A DNA stretch of 64,000 nucleotides, from NCBI RefSeq assembly GCF_009914755.1, contig NC_060932.1; one strand, written 5' to 3'. Positions 26,680-40,490 of this stretch are shown piece after piece. The translations under genes and the position numbers were made by a program. Numbering within the stretch: position 1 is the first letter of the stretch; each line of letters starts with the position of its first letter. The stretch comes from the human T2T-CHM13v2.0 reference genome, Homo sapiens. The notes beneath the pieces are model-generated. The model saw nothing but the letters and a program-made list of their open reading frames with translations, made no database searches and was not told where the DNA came from.

Positions 26680-26895
26680 CTCAACAACCCTATAGCCCAA
26701 TGTTTAGTGTGGAGCAAACCTAAGTTCAAATCCTTTAACAAGTTACTGTATTCCCTCTGAGTTCCAGTTTTCCCAGGTATCATGTAGGGATAAATAGCCC
26801 CACTACACAGAATTGTCATGAAGATTAAACAATAGAAAATACAGTAATTTCTAGTGCATAATAAGCACTCTAAATAATAGCTGTCATTATTATTT
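26680..26895 (+). mobile_element. MIR
   Basis: 'acaagttactg...ctctgagttccagttttccc...tgtcatgaagattaaac'. Confidence 0.65.
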
Positions 26896-29800
26896 TTATA
26901 ATTTGTATTAACAGTATTTTCATTATTATGCTAGACAATAACCAGATATAAAGCGAGGAAAGGTGAATCTCACAAGCTTCAGAGAGAAGATGACATCAAA
27001 ATAAGGGCCTTCTCTCACTTGTTTAATAGCCATAGCAGTCAAGTCAGCAAAGCGGCGAAAAGAATTAAGACAAATACCAAGTCTTCATGACCCTGAACAC
27101 TCACCGAAAGCTACCTAAGACCTCACACGTGTAGACCTGAATTCCATTTCTGCCACTTACTAGTGCTTGGTGTTGGGCAAGTCACATCACCTTGTTGAGC
27201 TCAGTTTTTACATCTACAAAATGCAGCAGTAATCCCTACTTTATATGGTGATAGCATTAAGTAAAACTGAATATTAAGCACTTTATTTTTTACCCAGTCG
27301 ACAGCAAGTGGATAAAAAAATAAAAGTTGCTACTATTACTATTATTATCATTATTTCGATGATTATTATTGATTTTTCTGGTACTGCTTCTCTGTCTCTG
27401 CCAAAGCCACAGACACTCAGTTCCTGGTGTTTTCAAGTTTCCTCTGAGGTCCCATCACTTCCTTTCTCATTTACTTGCACCATTCCACTTGACAGGCTCC
27501 ACTCCTTTGCACTTCTTCCACTTTCCCTGCTTAGTTTTTACGCAAGTCCTTAGCTTGCTGAGAAGGGCTCTTGTCTCATTTATGATTCATGAGGCACTGA
27601 GTATACAGATGGCATTATATAAATGTTTAATAATTGCCATATGGTTTCCCCGGAAATGCTATCACTCAACAAGGAATACAGACTTGAGGCTTCTCACATG
27701 TGAAATAAAAAAAAGGCAGACCTGCACTCTCCTGCTCCCCTTCACTGCTACAGCCTCAGAAAACAAACAGAAACAGTTCATCTCAGGCTTCTAGGTGTTT
27801 AGAGACCACCACATTTTGGAGCAGTAAAAAAGTAAATAAAAATAAATGTCAGATATTACTCTTCTGTGTTAAAGACAGACAGCTCAGTTGGTGCTACAAA
27901 ATTCCAGTGTCTATGTTAATTATTATATCACAGAGCACTGTTTTAAGTGGCTGAGTGGCCATGGGGTTTTCAATTGGATCCACTTCCATCATGATCTCAT
28001 CTCTCTCGGCCAGTTTCTTAAAGGGCGTTGCAGCAGCCATTTATTTATGAGGTTCTGCACTTTGGATGGAGATGCATATGTAATGGGGAGAGACTGCACA
28101 TTTGACAAATGGGAATCATGATTGTCTGACCTACTGACAGTTGTTGATGTGCTCTCGTGACCTGTAAATGTTGCAGCTGACTGATTACAGTAATTGATTG
28201 AGAAAACATTTGTCAATAGTCTTCTAATGACAGAGAGCAGGGAGGAAGAGATTGCTGGAGCACCTAGGAGCTGGGTTTTGCTTAACAGAAGGAGCACTGA
28301 CCCATGTTATAGACAATCGCAGAATTTCATATCCCCATCTATAAAATGAAAACACAATACTTCTCACCAACACTTATACAGCACCTACTATGTGCTAGGT
28401 TAGAGATCATAAACTGGTGATATGTAAGTGGAATATAACCCTCAGACTTGGTCTGTGTGTTCTACGCAGTTGATCTGCACCAGCCTTTTGTTAAAATTGG
28501 AAGGAAATTGCTAATATTTAAAATCAGGATATTTCCCACGAAAATCTACATTTCTAGTATCTCAGAAAAATCATTATTTGGCAGCACTGGGCCAGAATTT
28601 CTGCAGGGCAATTGTTGTCCTGACTTGGGTGGCTGGTGGAAATGGGCGTGTACTCCTAAGTTTGTCCCAATTGCTACCGCTCTATTACTTCATCCTTTAA
28701 TGTTCACTCTCTTGGCCCTGTGGGATTTTTGAGGCTGAGATTCCTATTTTAGGTTCTGAAGACAAACACACACACAGAAAAGAATGATTTCAGGCCCTTC
28801 CTTGAGCATACTCATGATGCTATAACTTTTTATGACAGTAAATAGTAAGTATCTAGCAAATAAGGAAAAATAGGCTTTCTTGTTTATTAAAGACTGCACA
28901 GTGAAGTCAGCCCACATCTATCGATACGGCTGCCATATGCAACAAACTATTTTAAAACCCGTTACAATACCCTGACTTTGGTGGTAGCTGGAATTGTAGA
29001 TAAAGGAAGACTGCATTTGTAAGTAGTGGACTTGGGCAGGGTTTTCAGTAGTGTCACCTGATTGCTGGTGACCTATAATGAGTCCTTCACTTCCTTGGAA
29101 ATCTTATTCCTCCAGAGCCAACAGAGTAGGAGGTTGAAAAGTGTTCTATAAACTATAATGCTCTATACCAGGGGCAGTGATCTATGGCCACTAGTTTTTG
29201 CAAATAAAGTTTTATTGGAATACAGCTACACCCATTCAGAATATAAACTCCAGAGCAGTTATTTTCAAAGTATAGTCACCAGGCCACTTGGTTCATAAAT
29301 GCCTGGGCCTTGCTACTACTACAGATTCTAAGGCTCCACTGCAGACTTCCTGAAACAGAATCTTACGGTGGGAGAAGAATGCCAGACTCTGTTTTAACAA
29401 GAACCCCAGATTATTTTGATGAGTCCTAAAATTTGAGAGCTTCTACCCTAGGGATAGCCCCCTCTTTCTGTACTATTTGGCACATACAAATTTGGAAGGA
29501 GACAGGAAATTCGTGTCCAACACAATGCGTGAGAGGCATGATGAGAGCTAGCAGCATGAATTATGAATCTCCTCTTGTCAGAGAAAACCCTTCAGGCAAG
29601 AGAGACCTAAGCTGGCTTTTAATGGAGTCGAGATAACCTGGTTAACCCCAAGAGTTCCTCCTCTGGACAGCTGCCTCATGAGGGAGCTCTCAGAATCACT
29701 TCCTGCTCCAATGCCCAGACCCACACTTTGACTAATTTAGTCCAGATGGACTCCCGCCTGCCATTCATTACATATGTGGGTGTTAGCCCAGTGTAACTTT

Positions 29801-32674
29801 AGTTCCTCTCTTACGGGTCCTCTTTTAATGGATGAGGGCATATGTGTAATGAGAACTCTGAACACACAGAATTCATAGGGCTTAGTCATACAACTAGTTT
29901 TATTTATTTTTGTCCCTGACTGCCCTTTTAAACCTACTAGTGAGGATAATCTTTCCCCTGCCACTGGGTGAAAATTCAGGTTGTTCCAAGGCTTTTTGGA
30001 TCACTTTTACAAGTCTTGAATGCCTAATCTCCAATCATAAATCAAAATATTCAGTTTAATACATGAATGAAAACTCCTATCTATATTCAAGAATAAGACC
30101 TTCCTTTCCCCTGGTCCACCCAAACTGCTAGAGCCTGTGGTAGGCAGGTAGCCCGCCTTGGGGAAGAATCATGTCTCACGTTCTCACGTGCGACTTTCTC
30201 CACTGACTAATTACTGTTTCTGATCCTCATTTTCATTCAGATCAGGGTGGACGAGGGGAGAAAAAGAGGTAAGGGAAATAAGAAAGTCCTTACTTTCTTA
30301 TTTGTTGTACTGCTGTGAATCAGCTCTGCTCTCTCTGGGCCTAACGGGTGAACCCTATAGACTGAACACTTTTCAGCAGGCCAGCCTCAAAATGAGCTAA
30401 ATGTTTTTGCTGAACTCATCAACAAAATGAGCTACGTGCCTTTGTTAAGCTCACCTACTGCAACCTCAGTTATACAGGACGCGGATTCACCCAGGTCCGT
30501 GGATAAAGTTCTCTACCTACCCAACATGTCCCTTGACGCACACATCCAGGGAGTCCCATGGGTAGAAGGCAAAGGAGCTTGAGGCTAGCTCGCTGTCTCT
30601 CCTGTGTGCCCACATCTGGTCCAGAGGACACTCAAACATCCTATTCACTCAATGCATTTGCTGTGTGCCAGGAGAAGGGGTCACCTCTTTCTCATGTGGC
30701 CAGCAAGCAGCTCCCCAACCTTTCTCTCTTGCTCAGTAGAGTCCCCTGAAGGGTGTCAGACATCAATCCACTACTCACTCCCAAATCCTAGATACACACA
30801 TTATGTTCTCTGAATGGTCTCACAGAAGCACCTCTCCCACTTGGCTTGAAGTGAGGGACAGACATCCCCAGACACATCCTTAGAGAAGGACTCAAAGCCT
30901 GTCATCAGCTCCTCCAAGAAATTATCCCCAAATAATCTTCTGTCTGTTGGCTTCTGACCTTTTTATATTCTGCATGGGATAGAGTATTTTAAAATTAATA
31001 AAACTGGTTTTCTGGTATCTTCTGTGAATTTTTTTCTATGCTGATACCTAATATCTACTCAATTTTAACTTTATTAGTTGAAACTCAGAATATACTAATC
31101 TTCAGTTATGTTATCATTATGTCATCTTCAGGATTAGCTATGAAAAAATTACTTCCATGAATAAAACATCTGAAAGAACAAAATCACCTAAGAAAATCAT
31201 ACAAAATATGGCAATTAGCTCAGGCTCCCAGCTTAGGCTTAACCTCAGCAAACTTCCAGGAGAGATGCCAATATCTATAGAAAACTGGGTTCCCCCATTA
31301 TTTTCAGGAGGCTAGCTCTGTGGTGGATGAAATGCTCCTCCCACAATGATGCTGTGTTTTCTCTCTCTTAACATCTTGCGGTGTGACTGTTTGCTGCCAT
31401 TTCCCCATAAACTGAAAATCTCTTGAAAACACACTTCTGTCTTATTCGTCTCTATTTCTCCAATGCTAGCAATGGTTCAACACTTAGAAGACACTAAATA
31501 GATATCAATTGAGTAGGATGGAAATATTTCTCCCTTCCCAAATTTACCTGTGATAGCATGGTCAGCCATATTGAGGGAGAGATGACTGATGGCAGCTGAA
31601 AGCACTATATATTCCAGGCCTATCTGTGAACAGATCGAAGCATTAAGGAAACAGTTGATAGTGACTTTGAAAAGTGAGTCTTTCTTGTCTTCTAAAATCA
31701 TACCATGAGTGGGTTATGCCAACAAAGAAGGCTCTTCCACCTCCTGTTACATTTTATTGTGCATGTGGTCCAGGTATATCATGATTCCTTCCAGGTGCAC
31801 CCCTGGAATACAACATTTATAGCATGACCTAGTCAGAGATCTGTTTGAGGCACAAATTTCCTGTTTGCCACTTACTTCTTTAAGAGCACCTCCTTCATGC
31901 TAGTGTTCTCCCTAACTTGCTCAGATGGTTGGGCTTTGCAGAGATGCACCAAAGCAAGTGGGATAAAGGAAGCCTAGGGGTCTCTTCCTAGGAAACTGAG
32001 CCATAGACTGGCAGATTTTAAGAAGCCCCAGAGAATAGAATCTATACCTGTGGACTGAGCTTCTCTTCTCCTGGAAATCAAATTGCCTTATTGTTCTGGG
32101 CACCAAGGCCTCCACTTATGCTGTGCTTTTGCAGCATTTTGCTCATCCTTAGAGCAAAGCATTTACCATGCTCTTTTACGGTGAATTCACGAATATCCAT
32201 CCTTTCAAGACTCAGAGCTCCTTGCAGGGAGGAATTTTTGTCTTGTCTCAGAAATCTGAGAACCTAAAACACATAGTTTTGTTAAATGGGTGGATGTTAA
32301 TGTTTGTTGGATGACAGATAGGTGGATGGATGGGTGGAAGAATGGATGGATGAATTAATCTCTTGCATGTTTACCATGTGGAAATTAGAATTACACGGTG
32401 TCTCTGGATTCTCTCAAAGCCAAACAGTGATCAGGAAGAATCTGGAAGTAATACTATTCTCTATCATTAACAGCAGCAGCAATATCTCATAACGGCATGA
32501 TATATCTAAATGTACAAGGAAGAATATTTATAGTGTATGAGAAAATCTCTTTTCTAATATAAAATATATATAATAAAATATATAAAAATATATAATATAT
32601 ATAAAAGCTATTCAATTTTGTATTTAAAACATATTTAAGTGAATTGCCTGAATAGATGCTGATTAGAGTATCTG

Positions 32675-33265
32675 TCATGTTTTGCTACCAGCATCCAGCA
32701 GTTCTTCTTCAGATAACCACGCTCTGATTGTTTTCCAGAAAACCACCTTTCCCAACAGCCTCAGCCCATGTGCCTTGATTGAAGTATCACCATTGGCCAA
32801 AGCTACTCACAGTATTTATTCTTCCTGACCCTAATGCTCAATTTAAGGATAGATATCTGCTCCAATCAGAGCTAGAGAAATGGTATGAGACTTTTGCTTA
32901 GACTTCTCGGAAACTCTTTCTGCTTACCTAAACCCGAGAGAATATAAAATCTTGTTCCTCGAGAGAATATAAAATCTGGTTCCTCAGCAGCTATCTTTCT
33001 ACCATAAGGAGGGCAATTTGTCTGAGAAGGTGATTACCTTAGACTAGCAAACGAAAGACAGAGAGACTGGGCAATTGTAACATTATTTAAATCTTGGAAT
33101 AATGCTATATCTTAACACTACTTCTGTACTATCTTTTTCTGTGTGTGCATATTTTATAGTTATTTATGTTTATATATGATTACTCAAACAAATATATTTT
33201 TTCCTAAAGCTAAGTGGGTCAGACTATTTTTTTTTTTTTGCATTTGCAACCCTAAGTCCTAACAG
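32675..33265 (+). mobile_element. MLT1J/K-type LTR
   Basis: 'ccagcatccagcagttcttcttcagataaccacgctctgatt...tttgcaaccctaagtcctaaca'. Confidence 0.6.
32936..32985 (+). repeat. 25-bp tandem duplication (2 copies, 1 mismatch)
   Basis: gagagaatataaaatcttgttcctc / gagagaatataaaatctggttcctc. Confidence 0.9.
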
Positions 33266-33699
33266 ATTAATTTCTCTTTTCAAAATTAAATGCTGGTATA
33301 AGTTTTTGCAACTCCTACTATACACATGGATAAAATCAACTTTACTATTGTGGGAAGTCCATGTATGGACTCAGGTGTTTCACAAATAATAATATGAACT
33401 TACTCATCCAGGTCCTGTGCCAGATTCTTGAAAGACAAAAATTACATTCCGTATCTCAAGGTGCTCACACTTTTAATAGGAATTAGATTTGTAAACAACT
33501 AATTATAATGCAATATATGTGAATAAAGTATTAACATAAGTAAAAATAGTGTAGCGAACACTTAAATGACAAATCAATTACTCCTGATTTTTAAGTAATA
33601 TTTCTAATTTATAGTCACAAAATAAGTTAGTATGGTAAGTGGGTGGATGAGTAAGAAGGAAGATCTTTTCCATATACTGGAAGGCTTTGTATATAGGGA

Positions 33700-34035
33700 G
33701 CTTTTAAATGATTCTGATACTGACATCACTATTCCAGAGCAATTTAAGGCATACTCTCTGAGGGACAGGACCCAGGCTTTAGTATTTTAGAAGCTCCAGA
33801 GGTGATTCTAATTTTCAGCCAGGGTTGCCAATCACCTTTTATAGTTGCCAACGACAGCAGTGATGCTCAACCTTCTTGTGCATCCAAATCACCCTGGGCA
33901 GTTTATGAAAAATACTCATCCTCAGTCTCCACACTCAGACATTCTGATTCAGCTGGTCTAGGGTGGGAAACAGGTGTCAGGGGGTTTAAAACTCCCCAGG
34001 TGACTCTAATATTCAGCCACGATTAAAAACCACTA
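33700..34035. mobile_element. Two adjacent MER5-type MITEs
   Basis: 'aagctccagaggtgattctaattttcagccagggttg'; 'attctgattcagctggtctagggtggg...ctccccaggtgactctaat'. Confidence 0.7.
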
Positions 34036-35512
34036 ATTTATAAGAAACTCATCATTTTGGAGGTGCCAACAGAGTCCTATGTATCATGCTGAGTACATTT
34101 ATATGCCTGATTTTTCTTTGTTCTTCTTAAAAACCTTTCAAACAGCAGCATTATACAGATAAGAAAATAGACACTCTGAAAGCAAAATAACTTGACCAAT
34201 ATGACCTATATAAATGACAAGAGCTGGAATTTGAACCCAGTTTTGTCTGCTTTCAAAGTCCAAATTCTTTTAACCTCAGCATTCATCTATTCGTTTATTG
34301 TTAGTCAGTCTGTTTTTCTTTCAACAAGCACTTAGTGTCTTTTAATAAGTGTGTGGCTTATGTCCCAGAATGCAAAGCATCTCCACAAAGCGGCCACCTA
34401 CCTCCTTAGGAACACAGCCTTGTAGACCTAAATGTGAAAGACAAATCCCTGTTTAATGAACCAGCTTTAAGCCACCCCTAGTACCTCAGGCTGCAAATAC
34501 AGTTTGGTTATTCCAGTCTCTTTGCTCTGGACACAACACAGTCCCAGTGGCTTCAAAGAGGGGCAAGCCATATTAATCATACTATGGGAAGTCACTTCCA
34601 GATCACTAACCCAAAAGGCAAGTGACATGAAATACACCTGGTCCTACTCTAGTCAAATGACTGCAGGGAGAGTGGCAGGTAGGGTTTTCTGTTGGAGAAA
34701 GAGCACCCGGGAGAGACAGAAGGGCAAAGATAGTCTTGGTGTGAGAAGCAAGATTTGCCTCCTGGCTACAAGGAAAAGCTCTCTTTGTCTTTCTTAGTCC
34801 CAAGAACAACCTGCCCTTTGTGATCAAACCTGCCAGCAATTTCTGCCTGAAGGACTGGAAAAGCCTGTCATCTCAGCAGACAAAGGAGGCCTCCAGCCCC
34901 AGAGGCAGTGCAGTCAATGAAGGGGAAGAGGACAGTTACCTTTCCTTCCACTCACCTTGATGGCCTCCTGTTACAGGTGCCTCCCTGCCATTTCAGAGAT
35001 GCATGCCATCCTGCCATCTGCTCTCAGAGTGTTAGAATTCAAGGAATTCTGTGCTTATCTTGTTGTCCACACACCGAATCCTTAGCCCAGCTTGGAGCAA
35101 TTTAATTCCAACCTACATTTTCAGCTTCATCACCTGCTGCTACCCACAGCTTAATGACCCTTTAGTGTAGTCACTGAAGGCCCCTTTCTTTTTGGCTTTC
35201 TCTCACAAAGTTTCTTTCCTGCTGCCGAAATTCTCTTCTCCCTTCCTTCCTCTTGGAAAACTCTCACCTACATAGTTATCTACCGTACTAGGAAGACTTC
35301 CTGCTGTACCGGTGAACAGAGTCACCTTTGTAATTTTTTATAAAACAAAATTTTCTTTACTTCTATAATTCCCCTGATACTATACTCATCTTAGGGGCTT
35401 AGAATTAAATAATCTTTACATACCTGGCTCAGTTGTGACCTCCTCCAGGAAGTCATCCTTGAGGCCCCACTTTTCAGTCTTAGCCCTCCTTCATGCTCTC
35501 ATAATGCTATAC

Positions 35513-35697
35513 TAGTAGCTCTCAAATGTTAGTGTACATCAGAATAACTCGAAGAACTTGTTAAAATGCAGGTTTTGGGGCCTCATTCCCAGTTACTGAC
35601 TTAGTAGGTCTAGCATGAAGCCCAGGAATTTCCATTTCTATTACATTTTCAGTGATGTTGATGCTGCTGGCCCAGGGAACACCCTTGAGAACTACTG
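35513..35697. mobile_element. MER5A/B
   Basis: 'ctctcaaatgttagtgtacatcagaat...ccttgagaactactg'. Confidence 0.75.
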
Positions 35698-35844
35698 GTC
35701 TATATTTACTCAAACATAATTCTCTCATTGTGCTTATAATATGTGTGGCAAATTACTTATTTATGATTCCACTTGCCCCACTCACTACATCAGTCAATAA
35801 GGAAATTTCAGAAAAATATAAAGCAACACAAAAAACAATTCAGA

Positions 35845-36358
35845 GTATACTAATTATCTATTGTGCAATAAATGACCCCAAAACTTAGTTCAAAACAATA
35901 AATATTTATTATAGCATTATTTCTGTAAGTTAGAAATCAGGAATGGCTTTGATGGATGGTTCTGGCTCAAGATCTTTCACAAGGTTGTACTCAAGCTGTT
36001 GGAAAGGGCTGCAGCCTCATCTGAAAGCTCAACTGGGAAAGGAACCTCTTCCAAACTTACACCGGTGGTTGTTAGTAGGGCTCAATTTTCCACTGGTGGT
36101 TACCAGAAACTTCAAGTCTGTCCCACATGGACCTCTCCATCAGATGGACTAATGTGCTCAAAACATGGTAGCTGGCTTTCCCCACAGCAAGTAACCCAAA
36201 AGAGACAGTGAACACCCAAGATGGAAGTCGCAGTCATTTATAACCTAATCTTAGAAGTTATAGTTTCTGCCATGTGCAGGTGGTAAAACAAACCAACCCT
36301 AGTTCAGTGAAAGATGGGACTACACGAAGGTAAGACCATGAATGCTGGCTATCAATCA
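35845..36358 (-). mobile_element. MLT1E/F-type LTR
   Basis: 'ccccaaaacttag...ggttctggctcaagatctttcacaaggttg...catggtagctggctttcccc'. Confidence 0.7.
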
Positions 36359-36624
36359 CATGGGGTAGTCATAGAGAATAGAGATGACCCTTTTATGTAG
36401 GGTGTCTAGGGAAAACCTTTTTGGGGAGATGCTATGAAAACCAAAATCTAAATGAACAGAGATAGCCAACTGTATAAAGACTTAGAAGTAGAGAATTCCA
36501 GGCAGAGGAAAAGCAAAGGCTCTAAGGTAGAAATGAGCTTGGTATATTTGAAGAAGAGAAAGTGGGCTGGTAGAAGAGCCAGCAAGGAGCAGGAGGGGCA
36601 GCTGTTATTATTAACATCAAAAAC

Positions 36625-37419
36625 TTTTTTTATTATACTTTAAGTTCTGGGATACATGTGCCAAATGTGCAGGTTTGTTACATAGGTATACATGTGCCAT
36701 GGTGGCTTGCTGCACCCATCAACCCATCATCCACATTAGGTATTTCTCCTAATGCTATCCCTCCCCTTGCCCCCCACCCAACAACAGGCCCCAGTGTGTG
36801 ATGTTCCCCTCCCTGTGTCCATGTGTTATCATTGTTAAACTCCCACTTATGAGTGAGAACATGCAGTGTTTGGTTTTCTGTTCCTGTGTTAGTTTGCTGA
36901 GAATGATGGTTTCAAGCTTCATCCATGTCCCTGCAAAGGACAATGAACTCATCCTTTTTTATGGCTGCATAGTATTCCATGGTGTATATGTACTACATTT
37001 TCTTTATCCAGTCTATCATTGATGGGCATTTGGGTTGGTTCCAAGTCTTTGCTATTGTGAACAGTGCTGCAAGAAACATACGTGTCCATGTGTCTTTAAA
37101 GTAGAATGATTTATAATCCTTTGGGTATATACCCAGTAATGGGATTGTTGGGTGAAATGGTATTTCTGATTCCAGATCCTTGAGGAATCGCCACGCTGTC
37201 TTCCATAATGGTTTAACTAATTTACACTCCCACCAACAGTGTAAAAGTGTTCCTATTTCTCCACATCCTCTCCAGCAGCTGCTGTTTCCTGACTTTTTAA
37301 TGATTGCCATTCTAACTGGTTTGAGATGGTATTGCATTGTGGTTTTGATTTGCATTTCTCTAATGACCAGTGATGATGAGCTTTTTTTCATATGTTTGTT
37401 GGCAGCATAAATGTCTTCT
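36625..37419 (-). mobile_element. 5'-truncated L1PA (about PA7) 3' end
   Basis: L1 3'UTR plus ORF2 C-terminus (ORF 36993-37391); TSD CATCAAAAAC at 36615-36624 and 37420-37429. Confidence 0.9.
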
Positions 37420-37437
37420 CATCAAAAACATTTTTAA

Positions 37438-37708
<271 letters not shown>

Positions 37709-38390
37709 TAGTGCAATCAGAAAGTCTAGATAATTTAGCTTCAATACATTCCCATTACCACACCCACATTTTTTATTGTATGAGTTTCAATTATGTTTAA
37801 TCAACTCAGGAGCAAGAGTTTGAGGGAAAAAAGTACCAATTAGTTGAGTGAAGCCAAGACTATGCCTTATATTTGTCAAATTTAATGAGCCAGAACCTTT
37901 CCAATCTTGGAGAATATGCAACCTGGAATCTTGAAAAAGCTGGAAGAGACTTCAGAGATCATTCCATCCTTCTGTCTTCATCTCCAGCTTGATTTTTGAA
38001 GAAGAAACTGAAACCAGTGAGCTAGAGAAACCAGCCCAAGATCTCAAAGACTGTTGGACAGCCCTCCATCCACTAATTGGGTTAATGAGCTTAATGAGAA
38101 CCCGTCCCATGCAAGGTGCTCAGGGTAGCAGAGGAACAACTAAACTCCCATCTCAGGATTTCTAGGTCAGCCTGTGTTCCATGGCAGAGATAATCCAGAA
38201 GCTGCCTTAGGTGTGGGAAGGAGCAGAGAAAGGGGAAGAAAGAGGCTAGGACGCAGCCTCCAGGCTCTCCTCTGCTCAACCACAGCAGACACCTTCATCT
38301 ACTTTATATGTAGGAGTTTATAAATGTCTCTGCTAAAAGAAGATTGAAAGCCACTTTATAATACCATTCTTTTTTCTTTGATAGTTAAGC

Positions 38391-38722
38391 CTAGAGGTCA
38401 GCAAACTTCATCTCCTAAACCCAAACTAGCCCACTGCTTTTATTTATATGACCTGTGAGCCAGAAATGGCTTTTGCATTTTCAAATGGTCAACAAAAAAA
38501 TCAAAAGATAAATAATATTTTGTCACACATCAAAAAGTAGATGAAATTCAAATCTCAGTGTCCATAAGTAAAGTTTAGAACACAGCCACACCCATTTATT
38601 TAAGTATCATCTCTGGCTGTTTTTGTGCTACTGTTGCAGAGCTGGGTAGTTGTGACAGACCATCTGGCCTGCAACCTAAAATATTTACTATGTGACCTTT
38701 ATAGAAATGCCTGCAACCCCTG
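38391..38722. mobile_element. MER58B
   Basis: 'gaggtcagcaaact...gaaattcaaatctcagtgtccataa...ctgttgcagagctgggtagttgtgacagacc'. Confidence 0.8.
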
Positions 38723-39489
38723 GTACAGCCAAGGGTCCAATAGATGCCTAAATCCCTCCCTTCACATCTTCCTTCTCTTTTTATTCCTTCTGCTTCCCAG
38801 CAAAACTTCATTATATGTTGGTATTCAGAATATAGTTTACTGGGATCCACAGGTCTGCCTTTGATGCTAGTGTATTTTGGGGACACAACACTAGGGTTTC
38901 AGATTCCTGATTCAAACCATCCAAACCCCATCTGCTCTTTCTAATAACATCCTGTAGTCAGCATTGCAGAAAGAGTTTGAGTGATTACCTCCCTACTCTT
39001 ATCCCCCAGCCAATGAAGCATCTGCTAATGATATGAGCTGTTCTTTCCTGTCCCTGTGGTCCATAAAAGCCTGGGTTACAGAAAGAACGAAGTCGAAGTG
39101 CATAGACAACTCCACCACCCACAGCTACTTGAGCTCCTAAATATCTCTCTAGAAGGGCAGATATGTGAAGAGGAGTCTGGCAGACACATTGCTTATTCTT
39201 GTTGAAGGTGTGGATTGCTAGCAAAAGGTTCATTGTCAGAGATAACCTAGGTCTGAGGAAGCAGAGGCCAATAGTTTTTACATGCATCAGAGTGTTAGAC
39301 AATAAGATGCAGTGTAAAAGTGTTTGTTCTCACTGCTAACCAAAGACAGGCAAATTAAGACTATTAAAGTATCCTTTTCTACCCACTAAAATAATTTTAG
39401 AGAAAATTTAAGATTACAAAGCTCAGCGTTAGTAAGACTGCAGGGAAAAAGAAACACGCACACATTGGAAAAATCATTTCGGAGACCAA

Positions 39490-39965
39490 ATTAGTAAAAT
39501 AAATAAAGAGCCAATATAATCATGCCCTTTGACAAAGGAATTCTCCTGGATTCTTCTAAAGGCATAAATTAAAAACAACAACAACCACAAAAACCAAAAA
39601 AACTTGTACAAAGAAATTCATTGCAAGATATTTACAGTGTGTTATTTAAAGTAACAAAAAGTCCCCAAACTCTAAATGTTTGATAATATATTTTGATGTA
39701 TTAAATTATGGTAAACTAACCCAAAGGAAATATCTTATGGTCATTAAAATGACCATGTTGTAACATATAAATTCCTTTAAAAATATTATGAAAGTAGAAA
39801 GGTAGAACAGAGAACATTGTATACATACTGCAATTAATGTAAAAATATGCATGCATCTGAATAAAAATGAGATAGGAAGTTTCTGACAGTTCTTTTCTGT
39901 TAGCCATGGGGAGAATATGGGTGAATATTTTTTTCTATTTTAACTTTCACGAAAGTTGTTGTAAT
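39490..39965 (+). mobile_element. Very old L1 (L1ME-type) 3' remnant
   Basis: A-rich 'aaatgtttgataata...aaattatggtaaac...gaaatatcttatggtcattaaaa'. Confidence 0.5.
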
Positions 39966-40490
39966 AAGTAAAAGGCTTTGTTTTACTTATAAGCATATAT
40001 TTTAATAAAAGAAGATGAGAAAAGAAGAATGAGTCTTCTTTATAACATTACTTTTTGGGATACTGAGAAGCAGCATTACATTTGAGAGAGCTGGGTCACA
40101 ACCCACAGTGGGTACCTCTCAGGACCGTAATGCAGGGATCCAAGAGGGAAGGAAGCTGTGCTCTACCCATGAAATCTGGTAATCGTGACATCGATAGAGA
40201 TGGATGCTTCTGATGGGAGGCAGAGATAGGGCCACTGAGAAAGTGACTCAGCAGGGCCAGATGGTATTTATTCAAGAGCTCATTTATTTGGATCAACTAA
40301 TGTATGAAATAGCAGGGATCCTGACAAGGACATGCGATACCTCATTTCCTTGAAGATTAAGGAGCTGCAAAGGAAGTATCTATCCTCCAAAGAGAGCCTA
40401 AGGAAGACAGAATGAGGCTCAGAGGTGGCCAAGCCCTGAGCAGAGCCCAGCTTCCATGAGACTGATAAAGACAGAAAGATGTTTGCCTGG

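Noticed and set aside
26363-26723. Overlapping ORFs on both strands suggesting a coding exon
   Set aside because: No convincing acceptor/donor pair and no recognisable homology
36993-37391. 132-aa ORF with CWRGC/HCWWEC motif
   Set aside because: C-terminal fragment of L1 ORF2 in a truncated element, not a host gene
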